64,000 nucleotides of DNA, taken from Bacteroidia bacterium (GTDB taxonomy: Bacteria > Bacteroidota > Bacteroidia > 2-12-FULL-35-15). The notes below the pieces were generated by a model. That model did not search any database. It was not told where the DNA came from and saw only the letters and a program-made list of their open reading frames with translations. The position numbers and the translations under genes were made by a program. Location of the stretch: NCBI GenBank assembly GCA_045805205.1, contig JBJMLR010000007.1:114467-178466 (forward strand), given 5' to 3'. This document shows, one piece after another, positions 10,402 to 19,925 of this stretch. Numbering within the stretch: position 1 is the stretch's first letter; each line of letters opens with the position of its first letter.

Positions 10402-10992
10402 ATGCTGAAGAGAAGCTTCGACATATTTTTTTCATTGCTGGGGCTGCTGGTCCTGATGCCTTTTTTTATCATCGTCTCGATCTGTATCATTATCGATTCA
10501 CGCGGCGGGATCTTCTATCGGCAGGAGCGGGTAGGGAAGGAAGGACAGTTGTTCGGACTGCTGAAATTCCGCTCTATGCGGACCAATGCCGACAAAGCCG
10601 GTCTTTTGACAGTTGGCGGGCGCGACAGCCGCATCACGCGTGTTGGATATTACATCCGCAGGTATAAGATCGATGAATTTCCTCAGCTGCTCAATGTGCT
10701 GGCCGGAGACATGAGCCTTGTCGGACCGAGACCGGAAGTAAAAAAATATGTAGACCTGTATACGCAGGAGCAGCGGAAAGTACTTTCTGTCCGTCCGGGA
10801 ATAACCGATTATGCAAGCATCGAATACAGCAGGGAAAATGAATTGCTGGCCCGCGCAGCCGACCCCGAAAAGACATACATCGAAGAGATAATGCCGGCAA
10901 AGCTGCAGCTGAACATGAAATACATCCGGGAAAAGAGCATCGTGACAGATCTCAGGATCATTTTCCGCACGCTCGGTAAAATAATCGGGTGA
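10402..10992 (+). CDS. Initiating phosphoglycosyltransferase (Bac_transf, PglC/WcaJ-like small form)
   Basis: KRSFDI, KFRSM, RRYKIDEFPQLLNVLAGDMSLVGPRP, RPGITD. Confidence 0.92.
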   Translation: MLKRSFDIFFSLLGLLVLMPFFIIVSICIIIDSRGGIFYRQERVGKEGQLFGLLKFRSMRTNADKAGLLTVGGRDSRITRVGYYIRRYKIDEFPQLLNVLAGDMSLVGPRPEVKKYVDLYTQEQRKVLSVRPGITDYASIEYSRENELLARAADPEKTYIEEIMPAKLQLNMKYIREKSIVTDLRIIFRTLGKIIG

Positions 10993-10994
10993 GC

Positions 10995-11867
10995 CTATCC
11001 TAAGGTATTCAATAATTTTTTCAGCTCGTCGCTCTTATCGGGATAGCCGAGTTTTTCATACGATGTGATGAGATTCCGGAGCAGGCGCTTGATGATCTCC
11101 AGGTTGGAGCAGGGCTCATAAAAGCTGGCAAGCGGTTCCAGCTTCAGCTGTTTCAAAAAAGCATCGATCTCTTTTTGTCCGAATACCGCTCCTTTGCTGA
11201 AAGGGTTAACATAAAAGAAAACATTGCTTCCCTCATTCCCTTCACGTGAAGGTACACCCATGTGTTCCACATCAATGTAGCAAAGAATAAAATGTTCCGG
11301 GAGATTTACACCGTAGATTGGAATTTCAAGGCTTTGCGCGATGATCGTGTAGATGATCGATAACAGCAAAGGATTCCCCTTTTTGCTTTCGAGTACATTG
11401 TTGATATACGAGTTCTGCGGAGCGTGATAATTGGTGGTATTTCCGCTGAAATTATGCACATCGAAAAGAATGTGGTTGATAATTTTCACTTTCTCAAGTG
11501 CAGTAAGGTTTTCATTGAGCTCGAGCCAAACATCCTGCCGGATCTGGTCGATCTGCTTTTTGATCTTTGCCGGATCGATGTCCGGGTACTGATAACGGGC
11601 AATAAGAAGGGCGCCTTCCAGGAGGTTTTGATGATCGGGCTGTGCCCAATCCCTCAGGGAATCTTTAATGAGATCGAACTGGATCTGGTGAATAATATTC
11701 TCGATCCGGTTCTGGATGAGCGTATCAAAGGAATGTTCCCAGGCGTCTTCCAGCACAGGAATAACATCTTCCCCGAGCGACAGGAACTTCATGCTGACCT
11801 CTTTGAACACCAATTCATCCGGATCGTCCAGAAGACTAATAAGTGCTTTGATCTCCTTTTTGTTCAT
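10995..11867 (-). CDS. SirB1 / transglutaminase-like (Transglut_core2) protein
   Basis: VLESKKGNPLLLSIIY, GVNLPEHFIL, RLLRNL. Confidence 0.8.
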   Translation of the reverse strand: MNKKEIKALISLLDDPDELVFKEVSMKFLSLGEDVIPVLEDAWEHSFDTLIQNRIENIIHQIQFDLIKDSLRDWAQPDHQNLLEGALLIARYQYPDIDPAKIKKQIDQIRQDVWLELNENLTALEKVKIINHILFDVHNFSGNTTNYHAPQNSYINNVLESKKGNPLLLSIIYTIIAQSLEIPIYGVNLPEHFILCYIDVEHMGVPSREGNEGSNVFFYVNPFSKGAVFGQKEIDAFLKQLKLEPLASFYEPCSNLEIIKRLLRNLITSYEKLGYPDKSDELKKLLNTLG

Positions 11868-11942
11868 ACTTCCAGGAAAGTTTCCACAAAAATAGAGTGC
11901 CAGGCAGGGGGATTTGTTCCTGTTGTTGAGAAGATTTCAACC

Positions 11943-12818
11943 TTACTTTGTTAATCTCTCCAGTACAAGCTGGATAAGACGCTCCACAGCAGCATGATAG
12001 TTCTTGCTGTACTGCTTTGCAACGCGGTTAGCAATTATGGCGCAAACCGTGCAGGTTTCATGTCCCAGCAAGCCTCCCAGGCCATACAGAGCGGAAGTTT
12101 CCATCTCAAAATTGGTGATCCGCTGTCCCCTGTACTCAAAGTCAGTAAGCTGCTGGTTAAAATCCGCTACCCATGGCGTGAGCCGGAGCTTTCTGCCCTG
12201 CGGTCCGTAAAATCCCGGTGCCGTTGCGGTAATTCCCTTTATCATATCAAACCCTACTTTATTGATCAGCGTTTCTGAACCTTTTACGGCATACGGAAAT
12301 GCAAGATTCTTGCTCCAGTTGGTTTGATCCATGAATGCAGAAGAAAGAAGGTTGTCATTGATCTTTGCGAGATCCTGGTAATAGTTAAGCAGACCGTCGA
12401 ACCCCAGCCCGTGGCTGGAAACAACGAAGCTATCGACCGGAATGTCTTTTTGCAGCGCACCGGAAGTTCCGATCCGGACAATGTTGAGGCGGGTATGCTT
12501 TTCCTTGAGCGTGCGCGTTTCCAGGTCGATATTTACCGCTGCGTCGAGCTCATTCACCAGGATATCGATATTGTCGGTCCCGATGCCGGAAGACAGCACC
12601 ATGATCCTCTTCCCCCGGTAGGTTCCGGTATGTGTAACGAACTCCCGGTTGCTGATCCTGGTATCTACTGTATCGAAAAAGGAAGAAACCGTTTCAACAC
12701 GTCCCGGATCTCCCACAATGATAATATTTTCGCTGATGTGCTCCGGCCGTAATTTAAGGTGATAAACGCTCCCGTCAGGATTCAGTATTAACTCGGTCTC
12801 TGCAATGATCTGGCTCAT
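11943..12818 (-). CDS. Nucleoside (uridine/purine) phosphorylase, PNP_UDP_1 family
   Basis: VGDPGRV, REFVTHTG, GIGTDNIDI, RIGTSG, FYGPQGR, NFEMETS. Confidence 0.9.
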   Translation of the reverse strand: MSQIIAETELILNPDGSVYHLKLRPEHISENIIIVGDPGRVETVSSFFDTVDTRISNREFVTHTGTYRGKRIMVLSSGIGTDNIDILVNELDAAVNIDLETRTLKEKHTRLNIVRIGTSGALQKDIPVDSFVVSSHGLGFDGLLNYYQDLAKINDNLLSSAFMDQTNWSKNLAFPYAVKGSETLINKVGFDMIKGITATAPGFYGPQGRKLRLTPWVADFNQQLTDFEYRGQRITNFEMETSALYGLGGLLGHETCTVCAIIANRVAKQYSKNYHAAVERLIQLVLERLTK

Positions 12819-12844
12819 TTTAAAAGGGTTTAATTGGTGATCTT

Positions 12845-12852
12845 TATATTTG
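12845..12852 (+). promoter_or_regulatory. Bacteroidota -7 promoter box (TATATTTG) for the usp pair
   Basis: Exact TAnnTTTG upstream of ATG 12910. No clear TTTG -33. Confidence 0.5.
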
Positions 12853-12909
12853 TTAAATAAGAATTTAATCGTTTAATTTGTGATACATACTCCAAAAGTA
12901 TCTATAATT

Positions 12910-13797
12910 ATGATTCAGTCCACGAACAAGATCCTGGTGCCGGTCGATTTTTCAGAACAATCCTTAATTGCCTTAGAACAATCCTACAATCTTGCAAGAG
13001 AGTATCATGCCGAGATCACTTTATTACATGTGATCGAAGAAGCAGGGATGCTTGCAAAGTTCTTTTCAAAGCAGCAGCATGATGATCTGAAAAAGAAAGT
13101 GCAGAAAGAGCTCGATGATCTTGCGGCTGACGTGGAAAAGAAAGCCAAAATAAAAGTGAATACGCTGATCGCGAAAGGAGCAGTGTATGAAAAGATCACG
13201 GAGGTAGCTGAGCAGATCAATACAACGATGATCGTAATGGGCACCAATGGCGATGAAGGAATAAAAAAGCGCTTTATCGGTTCCAATGCGCTGCGCGTGG
13301 TGCGTGAATCTTCGGCTCCGGTGATCACGATCAAAGGGAAGCATCATCGCAAAGGCTGCAGGAACATTGTTCTTCCGCTGGACCTGTCAAAAGAAACCCG
13401 CGAGAAGGTAACCAAAGCCATCGAATTATCGCGTCTCTTCAAAGGAGCAACCATCCGGGTCGTTTCCGTTTTATTTACAACCGATGAATTTGTTGTCAAC
13501 CGGCTCACCCGTCAGCTCGGACAAGTGAAAACATTCCTGGAAAAAGAAGGGATCGAATGTACAGCGGAGATCATCAAAGGGATAAAAGGGGAGGAGACAC
13601 TGGCGGAGAACATTCTTGAATACGCTCAGAAAGTAGACGGCGATCTTATTATGATCATGACACAGCAGGAAGTTGACTTTACAAAATATTTTATCGGCTC
13701 CTCAGCGCAGGAGATCATCAACCACTCTAAAATTCCCGTTCTGAGCATTCGTCCGCTCCCGAAAAAGGATATGACCGTTTTCCCGAATCCTTACTAA
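12910..13797 (+). CDS. Universal stress protein (two Usp domains)
   Basis: KILVPVDFSE, IVMGTNG, FIGSNALRVV, second domain FIGSSAQEIINHSKIPVLSI. ATG 12910 preferred to GTG 12880. Confidence 0.9.
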   Translation: MIQSTNKILVPVDFSEQSLIALEQSYNLAREYHAEITLLHVIEEAGMLAKFFSKQQHDDLKKKVQKELDDLAADVEKKAKIKVNTLIAKGAVYEKITEVAEQINTTMIVMGTNGDEGIKKRFIGSNALRVVRESSAPVITIKGKHHRKGCRNIVLPLDLSKETREKVTKAIELSRLFKGATIRVVSVLFTTDEFVVNRLTRQLGQVKTFLEKEGIECTAEIIKGIKGEETLAENILEYAQKVDGDLIMIMTQQEVDFTKYFIGSSAQEIINHSKIPVLSIRPLPKKDMTVFPNPY

Positions 13798-13812
13798 AAT
13801 CCCAAACTATTT

Positions 13813-14694
13813 ATGAAAGCATTTGATATCAAGAAGATCCTCCTTCCGATCGATTTTTCCGAAACCTCCCTGCTCGCGATCGAACATGCGGGATTTACTG
13901 CGCAGCTTTTTAAAGCCGAGCTGGTATTATTGCATGTGGTTGAACAGCATTGGGAACAATTCAGCATTATCGCACCGGAGCTCCGGGTTTCTTCCCCCGA
14001 TGAATTCACCAAAGCGATCGAAAAGAAGCTGGAAGAGACAGCTTCCGCTATCCTTAGCAAGTATGGAGTGAAATCAGCGACCGTTACTTCTACCGGAAAT
14101 ATTTTCAACGAGATCCTGTCCGTTTCCAAAGAGCACAACGTCGATCTTGTAGTGATGGGAACACACGGCACATCCGGCGTTGTTGAGTTCTTCATCGGAA
14201 GCAATACATTTAAAATGGTTACGCAATCGGAATGCCCGGTCATTTCAGTTCAGGCACATGCAATAAAGCTTGGATTCAAGGAGATTCTCCTTCCGATCGA
14301 TGATTCTGCGCATTCCCGTCAGAAAGTGAATCATGCAGTCGTACTTGCCAAGCACTTCGCGTCACGGGTCCATATTTTAGGATTACCGGAATCGCAAGAT
14401 GATTCGGACCGGAAAAAATTTGAGATCAAGCTGGATCAGATCGAAGAGTATGTGAAAAAATGCGGACTGCCTCTGACACGCAAAATGCTCGAAGGAAAGA
14501 ATCAGGCAAAAACGACCTATGATTATGCAAAAACCGTAAATGCAGATCTGATCGTGATCATGACCGACCAGGATGAGGATCTTACCGGAAGATTAATGGG
14601 AACATTTGCACAGCAGATCATCAATCATTCCAAGATCCCGGTGCTTAGCATCCAGCCGAAGATCGCGAATATTCCATGGGTAAATCCGTATTAG
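13813..14694 (+). CDS. Universal stress protein (two Usp domains), paralog
   Basis: KILLPIDFSE, VVMGTHG, FIGSNT, QIINHSKIPVLSI. Confidence 0.9.
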   Translation: MKAFDIKKILLPIDFSETSLLAIEHAGFTAQLFKAELVLLHVVEQHWEQFSIIAPELRVSSPDEFTKAIEKKLEETASAILSKYGVKSATVTSTGNIFNEILSVSKEHNVDLVVMGTHGTSGVVEFFIGSNTFKMVTQSECPVISVQAHAIKLGFKEILLPIDDSAHSRQKVNHAVVLAKHFASRVHILGLPESQDDSDRKKFEIKLDQIEEYVKKCGLPLTRKMLEGKNQAKTTYDYAKTVNADLIVIMTDQDEDLTGRLMGTFAQQIINHSKIPVLSIQPKIANIPWVNPY

Positions 14695-14703
14695 CCTTGC
14701 TGC

Positions 14704-14747
14704 AAAAAAAAGCCCCGCTGTTTCCATGAAACAGCGGGGCTTTTTTT
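14704..14747. terminator. Bidirectional intrinsic terminator
   Basis: Perfect 14-bp stem AGCCCCGCTGTTTC / GAAACAGCGGGGCT with A and T tracts on either side, between convergent genes. Confidence 0.92.
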
Positions 14748-14756
14748 GTAAATGCG

Positions 14757-17700
14757 TTACTTCTTTACAAAGCGGCAGCAGCTGCTCTTTCCATCTCTTG
14801 AAAATATTTTCACTGTGTAGATTCCGTCCGCAACCGGGCGGAATGTAAACGTTGATCCGTTGCTGCCGGTAAACACAGCTTCTCCAAGCTCATTATATAC
14901 GATCACCGAGGCGATCTCCTTAGAGGAAATAATATTCACCATATCTGTGGTTGGATTCGGAAAGATCTGAACTTCCGACGCAGCAGAACGATCAATTGCA
15001 ACGATCCCCGAGTATTCTGAATTGCCGTTAAAATCAATCTGCCTGAGCCGGTAATAGTTCATGCCATTCAACGGTTCGCCGTCGCCAAACTCATAAGAAT
15101 TCATTTCAGTGCTGGTCCCGTTTCCATTTACTGTTCCTATCTTCCTGAAGCCGGTTCCGTCGCTGCTCTTCTCCAGCTCAAAATAGCTGTTGTTTGTTTC
15201 ACTTGCAGTTTCCCAGTTCAGTATGTTGACACTGGCAGCGCTGTGCCCCGTAAAGGAAATAAGCGATACAGGAAGCGGGTTTACACCGGATGGCGTCATG
15301 AATGTAAATGGCATCGCTGTTGAAGCAGTAGTGTAAGTGGCTGTCACCGTCGAAGTAATTGTTCCAGGACCGGCTGCTGTTCCTGTCACCGTTCCGGCAC
15401 CCATGTCCGTCCACGTGGACGAAATGCATTCAGCAACATGTAAGTCTGCAGCGGCGGTAGAGCTGATGGCACTGCCCAGAGTTGTCGAGCTGGAACCCGT
15501 TTCCCAGTATAGCTTAACAGGAGGCGTACTCGTTCCTGTATTTCTTGTCAGCTCCCAGTATTCCTTATAGCTCACGTGATTGATTCCGGCGCCATTCGTC
15601 GGACTCACAACCTGCGACACATTGCAGGGGTCATTTACCTTATGATATTCCGCGGTGAAGGCATCTGTTGTGGATGAAGGAGCAGTCGTGATCGAGATCC
15701 GCGCCCATTTTGCTGTGGACACCGATCCGGTTGCAGTATACACATCACCGGTAGGAAAAATAAAAATGTCGTTCCCGATCTTTTGGATCGGTCCGTCTAC
15801 AAATTTTGCAGCAGCACCGCCCGCCGGTGTAACTACTACGTCATCACCCAAAGTAATGAGATTGGTCGCCGTTGTGATCAGGCGTCCGTTCGTTGTCCCC
15901 CCAAAAGTAAGTCCGCCCGGAGTATTGATGGTAGTCGCCTGGCTGAGCGTAACGCCACCGGATGCAGGAGCAAGCGTGTTGTTGATGCTTAAGGTGCCTG
16001 TCAGGGTTGTCGGAAGTCCGTTACCGGTAACCTGTGCAGCAGTACCATTGTAGGTATAGCTGGCAGCGGAGCTGTAGGATCTCCCTCCCGTTACCTGGAT
16101 GCAGCCCACTGCGCCTGTGGCAAGCGTAGTGATTCCCGACGCATGCTGAGTAATAAGTGTTGCGTCAAGATTAAGATTAAAAGTGCCGGCTCCTGTCGAT
16201 GCATCGGAGATTACATTTCCAAGGAGGTCAAGTGTTGTAAGAGAATTCACGTTCATGATCCCTGAAACTTTCAGCGTGGCACCTGATACCACCTGGAGAT
16301 CGTAACCGGTGTTTGCGCTGTTGTCCTCCAGGTTCAAGGTAGTTCCCGAGTTAACGGTAAATGTTTTTCCCGAAGCAATGGTACATTTGGCTGCTGTCGC
16401 GCCGCCGCCCTGGTCGATATTGAACACGATCGTTCCAGTAAAACCGTTTGTGCTTTCAGCCGTGATCGCTGTGCTGAGGTTATCCATTGTGATCGTCGCG
16501 ATCGCCGAAGCCGAGCCGGTTTTAGTAAATGAAGCAGCAGCAGTTGTATGGCTGAAACTTCCACCTGCAGTGATCGTTCCGTTTCCTGATGATGCCGCCG
16601 ACGTGGTGGATGATGTAATGCTGAAGGTTCCTCCCGACAAGGTCATATTTCCATCGATGTCCATGGTACCGCTTCCGGTTCCCGCACCGCTCGTTGAACA
16701 CAGGTCAAACGATCCTGCGGTCATCGAGAAATTGCTTGTCGTTGCACCCGTTATATTGAAGTATCCGTTGCCGCCGCCGCCCGTTGTCGTACTTGACGTA
16801 ACAATAACAGCCGCCGTTCCGGAGATGTTGCAGGCAACGCCGCCGGTTACTGAAAGCGTTCCGTTCGACCCTGTGGTCCCGGCTGCAGTTGAAGAATTCA
16901 GGTTGAGCGTTCCTCCGCTGATGGTAAGTGCAGCGCCCGAGACGTTGATCTGCCCGCTTCCGCCTCCACCCGTGATCGCACCGGGCGTAAGATTAAATGT
17001 TCCGCTGGAGATCGTCATGCCCGCATTCGCATTAACAATGACTGTACAGCCTGAAGCTCCGGCGACTGCAGCAGATGCCCCCGTAATGATACCTCCGCTT
17101 AATGTCAGCAATGCTCCCGAAACCGATAGTGTGGTTGTGCCTCCGCTGCCGGTTGTGGTACTGTTATTCAGGTTCAGTGTTCCTCCGGCATTTACCGTCA
17201 GACCATTGTTCGCAGTGATCGTTCCACCAACTCCCGAACCGGAAACGGCGCTGCTGGAACAGCCATAAATAGTTCCTGCTCCGGATAATGTAACGAGCCC
17301 GGTAGATTGGAAAATACCATTCCCGTTGGCGCTCGTCCACGTTCCTGTATTCAGATACATAGTGCCACCGGAAATTGTACTTGTTCCGGAAACCGATAAC
17401 GTACCGTTTGTGACGTTCGCTCCGCCAACCAAACCGGAACAATTGGCCAGCGTTATGGTCCCGCCGGTCTGGGTATAATTTAAGCCGACATTGATCGTAC
17501 ATCCTTTATTGATGGAAGCAACTTTCAATATCGTAATGTTCCCGTTGTTCATGATAAAATTTCCGCCGATACTTCCATTCGAGCCGGCGTTGGTGGTGAT
17601 CCAGTTAAGGCTGAAACCATTGGTGCTGTTCATCGTGAAGTCTCCCGTTGTTGCAACGCTCAACGCCCCCAGTAAATTTACATCGACCGGTTGTGTTGTG

Positions 17701-18413
17701 TTGTTCCAGGTAAAATGTCCGAAAGCCTGTCCGAGTCCGCTCGGCGCACTTCCCGAGTTTCCGCAGCAAAGGATCTCGCAGGTAGATGTTGCATTCCAGG
17801 TAGCGGTCGGAATCGTTCCTGCCGCAGCAACAGTACTTACGTAGCTATGTTTGTAAAAGCTGCCCGCTAAAAATTTAACATTGGCTGTTCCGCCGACTGC
17901 AAGGCTGAAGGTCCCGGTATTTGTGATCGTTCCGCTATTGCTGATGATTGCTGTGCTGACGGTTTGAGTGAGGGTACCGTCATTAGCTACGCTGGCACCT
18001 GCGCTTATCGAAAGAGTCCCCGTTCCGGCAAAGGATCGTACAATGCCGCCTGAATTGATCGTCAGATCAGTTCCGGTTCCATTTGCAATGGTAAGCGTTA
18101 CAGCTGTGGGAATAGAAAGGATTGCAGTGTTGCTGACCGTCATTTCATCAGCGCTGACGCTTACATTGACGGTGACGGTATGTCCCGCCATAATTGTGAT
18201 CGCTCCGTCCGTAGCTGCTACACCGGTAGGTGCGGTAGCAGTGGCACCCACCCAGGTTCCGGCGGTAACGCATTTAAGCCACGTTGCGCCCGCATTGTAA
18301 TTGCCCGAAGCGTTCGACTTGAAGTCGCCGACATTCTGTGCAAAGCAATGCGTTCCGGACGTGATTAAAAAAACTCCCAGGAGTATAAGTTTTTTCGATC
18401 CTCTAAGTAACAT
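14757..18413 (-). CDS. T9SS type A cargo protein, Gly/Thr/Ser-rich repeat (beta-solenoid-like) surface protein
   Basis: Signal peptide CFA/QNV, repetitive G/T/S-rich body, PLPVSLISF domain, C-terminal QIFPNPT...GIYTVKI...RFVKK CTD. Confidence 0.85.
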   Translation of the reverse strand: MLLRGSKKLILLGVFLITSGTHCFAQNVGDFKSNASGNYNAGATWLKCVTAGTWVGATATAPTGVAATDGAITIMAGHTVTVNVSVSADEMTVSNTAILSIPTAVTLTIANGTGTDLTINSGGIVRSFAGTGTLSISAGASVANDGTLTQTVSTAIISNSGTITNTGTFSLAVGGTANVKFLAGSFYKHSYVSTVAAAGTIPTATWNATSTCEILCCGNSGSAPSGLGQAFGHFTWNNTTQPVDVNLLGALSVATTGDFTMNSTNGFSLNWITTNAGSNGSIGGNFIMNNGNITILKVASINKGCTINVGLNYTQTGGTITLANCSGLVGGANVTNGTLSVSGTSTISGGTMYLNTGTWTSANGNGIFQSTGLVTLSGAGTIYGCSSSAVSGSGVGGTITANNGLTVNAGGTLNLNNSTTTGSGGTTTLSVSGALLTLSGGIITGASAAVAGASGCTVIVNANAGMTISSGTFNLTPGAITGGGGSGQINVSGAALTISGGTLNLNSSTAAGTTGSNGTLSVTGGVACNISGTAAVIVTSSTTTGGGGNGYFNITGATTSNFSMTAGSFDLCSTSGAGTGSGTMDIDGNMTLSGGTFSITSSTTSAASSGNGTITAGGSFSHTTAAASFTKTGSASAIATITMDNLSTAITAESTNGFTGTIVFNIDQGGGATAAKCTIASGKTFTVNSGTTLNLEDNSANTGYDLQVVSGATLKVSGIMNVNSLTTLDLLGNVISDASTGAGTFNLNLDATLITQHASGITTLATGAVGCIQVTGGRSYSSAASYTYNGTAAQVTGNGLPTTLTGTLSINNTLAPASGGVTLSQATTINTPGGLTFGGTTNGRLITTATNLITLGDDVVVTPAGGAAAKFVDGPIQKIGNDIFIFPTGDVYTATGSVSTAKWARISITTAPSSTTDAFTAEYHKVNDPCNVSQVVSPTNGAGINHVSYKEYWELTRNTGTSTPPVKLYWETGSSSTTLGSAISSTAAADLHVAECISSTWTDMGAGTVTGTAAGPGTITSTVTATYTTASTAMPFTFMTPSGVNPLPVSLISFTGHSAASVNILNWETASETNNSYFELEKSSDGTGFRKIGTVNGNGTSTEMNSYEFGDGEPLNGMNYYRLRQIDFNGNSEYSGIVAIDRSAASEVQIFPNPTTDMVNIISSKEIASVIVYNELGEAVFTGSNGSTFTFRPVADGIYTVKIFSRDGKSSCCRFVKK

Positions 18414-18453
18414 TTACCTTATGGTAACGATTCTTTTATTTTGAGATAATACC

Positions 18454-18461
18454 CAAAAATA
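18454..18461 (-). promoter_or_regulatory. -7 promoter box (TATTTTTG)
   Basis: TAnnTTTG on the minus strand upstream of start 18413. Confidence 0.4.
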
Positions 18462-18522
18462 GACTATTTTTTGAAGGCAGGCTCCGAAAATAGGTAAATG
18501 TTAAGTTTTATGCCGTTGATTT

Positions 18523-19269
18523 TTATTGAGTTAAGCTCCCGAATACCTTTTTCAGGATATCGGTAACCCGGGCAACAGGATCCTTGCGGATTTTTAGCTC
18601 TTCATCCTGGATCAGCTTAAAAAGTCCCTGCATGGCGCGGTCCGTTACATAAGCGGTAAGATCCGGATTTTGTTTTTCCACGAACGGAACTTTGTTGTAC
18701 CCGGTGATGATGGGATTCCAGTATTTCGTTAATTCAACTTTGTTGATCGCATTTTGCACCACAGGTGTGAACTTCTGCCGCAGCTCAGTGCTGGTTTTGT
18801 CTTTCAAATATTCCGTTGCTGCATTATCTGCGCCTTTAAGGATCGCAAAGCCATCGCTGATGCTCATGCCTTTGATCGCATTTACAAATACCGGTCCGGC
18901 ATCTTTTGCCGCTTCCTCGGCGGATCTGTTCAGGGTCATGGTGAATTTATCCACCTGTTCCTGCATTCCGAATTTAATTGCCCAATCCTTTACCTTCTGT
19001 GCTTCCGGTGGAAAAGGAATAAAAAGGCTGGGATTCTTATAGAAACCGTCCACCTTGGATGCAAATGCAGTAGAATTATTGGTTCCTACGGTAAGGGCAT
19101 CTCTCAGGCCGCTGATGACTTCCTCATTTGTAAGCGGTGTCGCAGCCGGTTTTGTTGAACTGTTGATCGCATCTTTTGCGGCGTTCGCTGTATCCTGCAA
19201 TTGCTTGGAAGTACAGCCGATCAAAGCGCTGATGAGGACAACGGATGGAAGAAGAATTTTCTTGATCAT
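18523..19269 (-). CDS. DUF4197 domain lipoprotein
   Basis: Lipobox LIG/C, GLRDALTVG, LNRSAEEAA, GLFKLIQDEELKIRKDP. ATG 19269 preferred (alternative 19290). Confidence 0.85.
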   Translation of the reverse strand: MIKKILLPSVVLISALIGCTSKQLQDTANAAKDAINSSTKPAATPLTNEEVISGLRDALTVGTNNSTAFASKVDGFYKNPSLFIPFPPEAQKVKDWAIKFGMQEQVDKFTMTLNRSAEEAAKDAGPVFVNAIKGMSISDGFAILKGADNAATEYLKDKTSTELRQKFTPVVQNAINKVELTKYWNPIITGYNKVPFVEKQNPDLTAYVTDRAMQGLFKLIQDEELKIRKDPVARVTDILKKVFGSLTQ

Positions 19270-19308
19270 TCTGGATTTTTTTTGGTTCATGAATTCGGAA
19301 TTCGTTTT

Positions 19309-19920
19309 TTATTTTATTTCAAAGGAAAGCAGCTTCTCTTTCCCGATATAGGCTTCCAGTCTATCCGACTTTTTAACCGGCCCAACGCCTTCCGGTGTCC
19401 CGGTATAAATAAGATCACCGGTTTTCAGCGTAAAGAATTTAGATGCATAGCTGATCACTTCATCGAATGAGAACAGCAGATCTTTTGTATTTCCTTTTTG
19501 CACCATTTTGCCATTTATCTCCAGGTGAAAATCGATGTCGCTGATCGCCGGGAGGTCTTTTTTGGGAATGAATCGTCCAACAGGAGCGGAGCCGTCAAAG
19601 GCTTTTGCTTTTTCCCAGGGCAGTCCCTTTTCCTTACACTTCGCCTGAATATCGCGCGCGGTAAAATCAATTCCTATGCCAATTTCCTCGTAGTATTTGT
19701 GTGCGAATTTTGGTTCGATATTCTTGCCGGGTTTGCTGATCTTCACGATCAGCTCCACCTCGTGATGAATGTCCTGCGAGAAATCAGGATAATAAAAAGG
19801 CTGGTCATCGCGAATAATTGCAGTGTCAGGCTTCAGAAAAAGAACAGGTTCTGTGGGTACAGGGGCATTCATTTCTTTTGCGTGCTCTGCATAATTTCTT
19901 CCGATACAAATGATCTTCAT
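19309..19920 (-). CDS. Fumarylacetoacetate hydrolase family protein
   Basis: KIICIGRNYAEH, FLKP, HHEVEL, DFTARD, KAFDGS, TGTPEGVG. Confidence 0.92.
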   Translation of the reverse strand: MKIICIGRNYAEHAKEMNAPVPTEPVLFLKPDTAIIRDDQPFYYPDFSQDIHHEVELIVKISKPGKNIEPKFAHKYYEEIGIGIDFTARDIQAKCKEKGLPWEKAKAFDGSAPVGRFIPKKDLPAISDIDFHLEINGKMVQKGNTKDLLFSFDEVISYASKFFTLKTGDLIYTGTPEGVGPVKKSDRLEAYIGKEKLLSFEIK

Positions 19921-19925
19921 AATTT

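Noticed and set aside
16309-17268. 319-aa plus-strand Pro/Val-rich ORF and similar ORFs opposite the T9SS cargos
   Set aside because: Mirror of Gly/Thr/Asn codons on the coding strand, which lack antisense stops.
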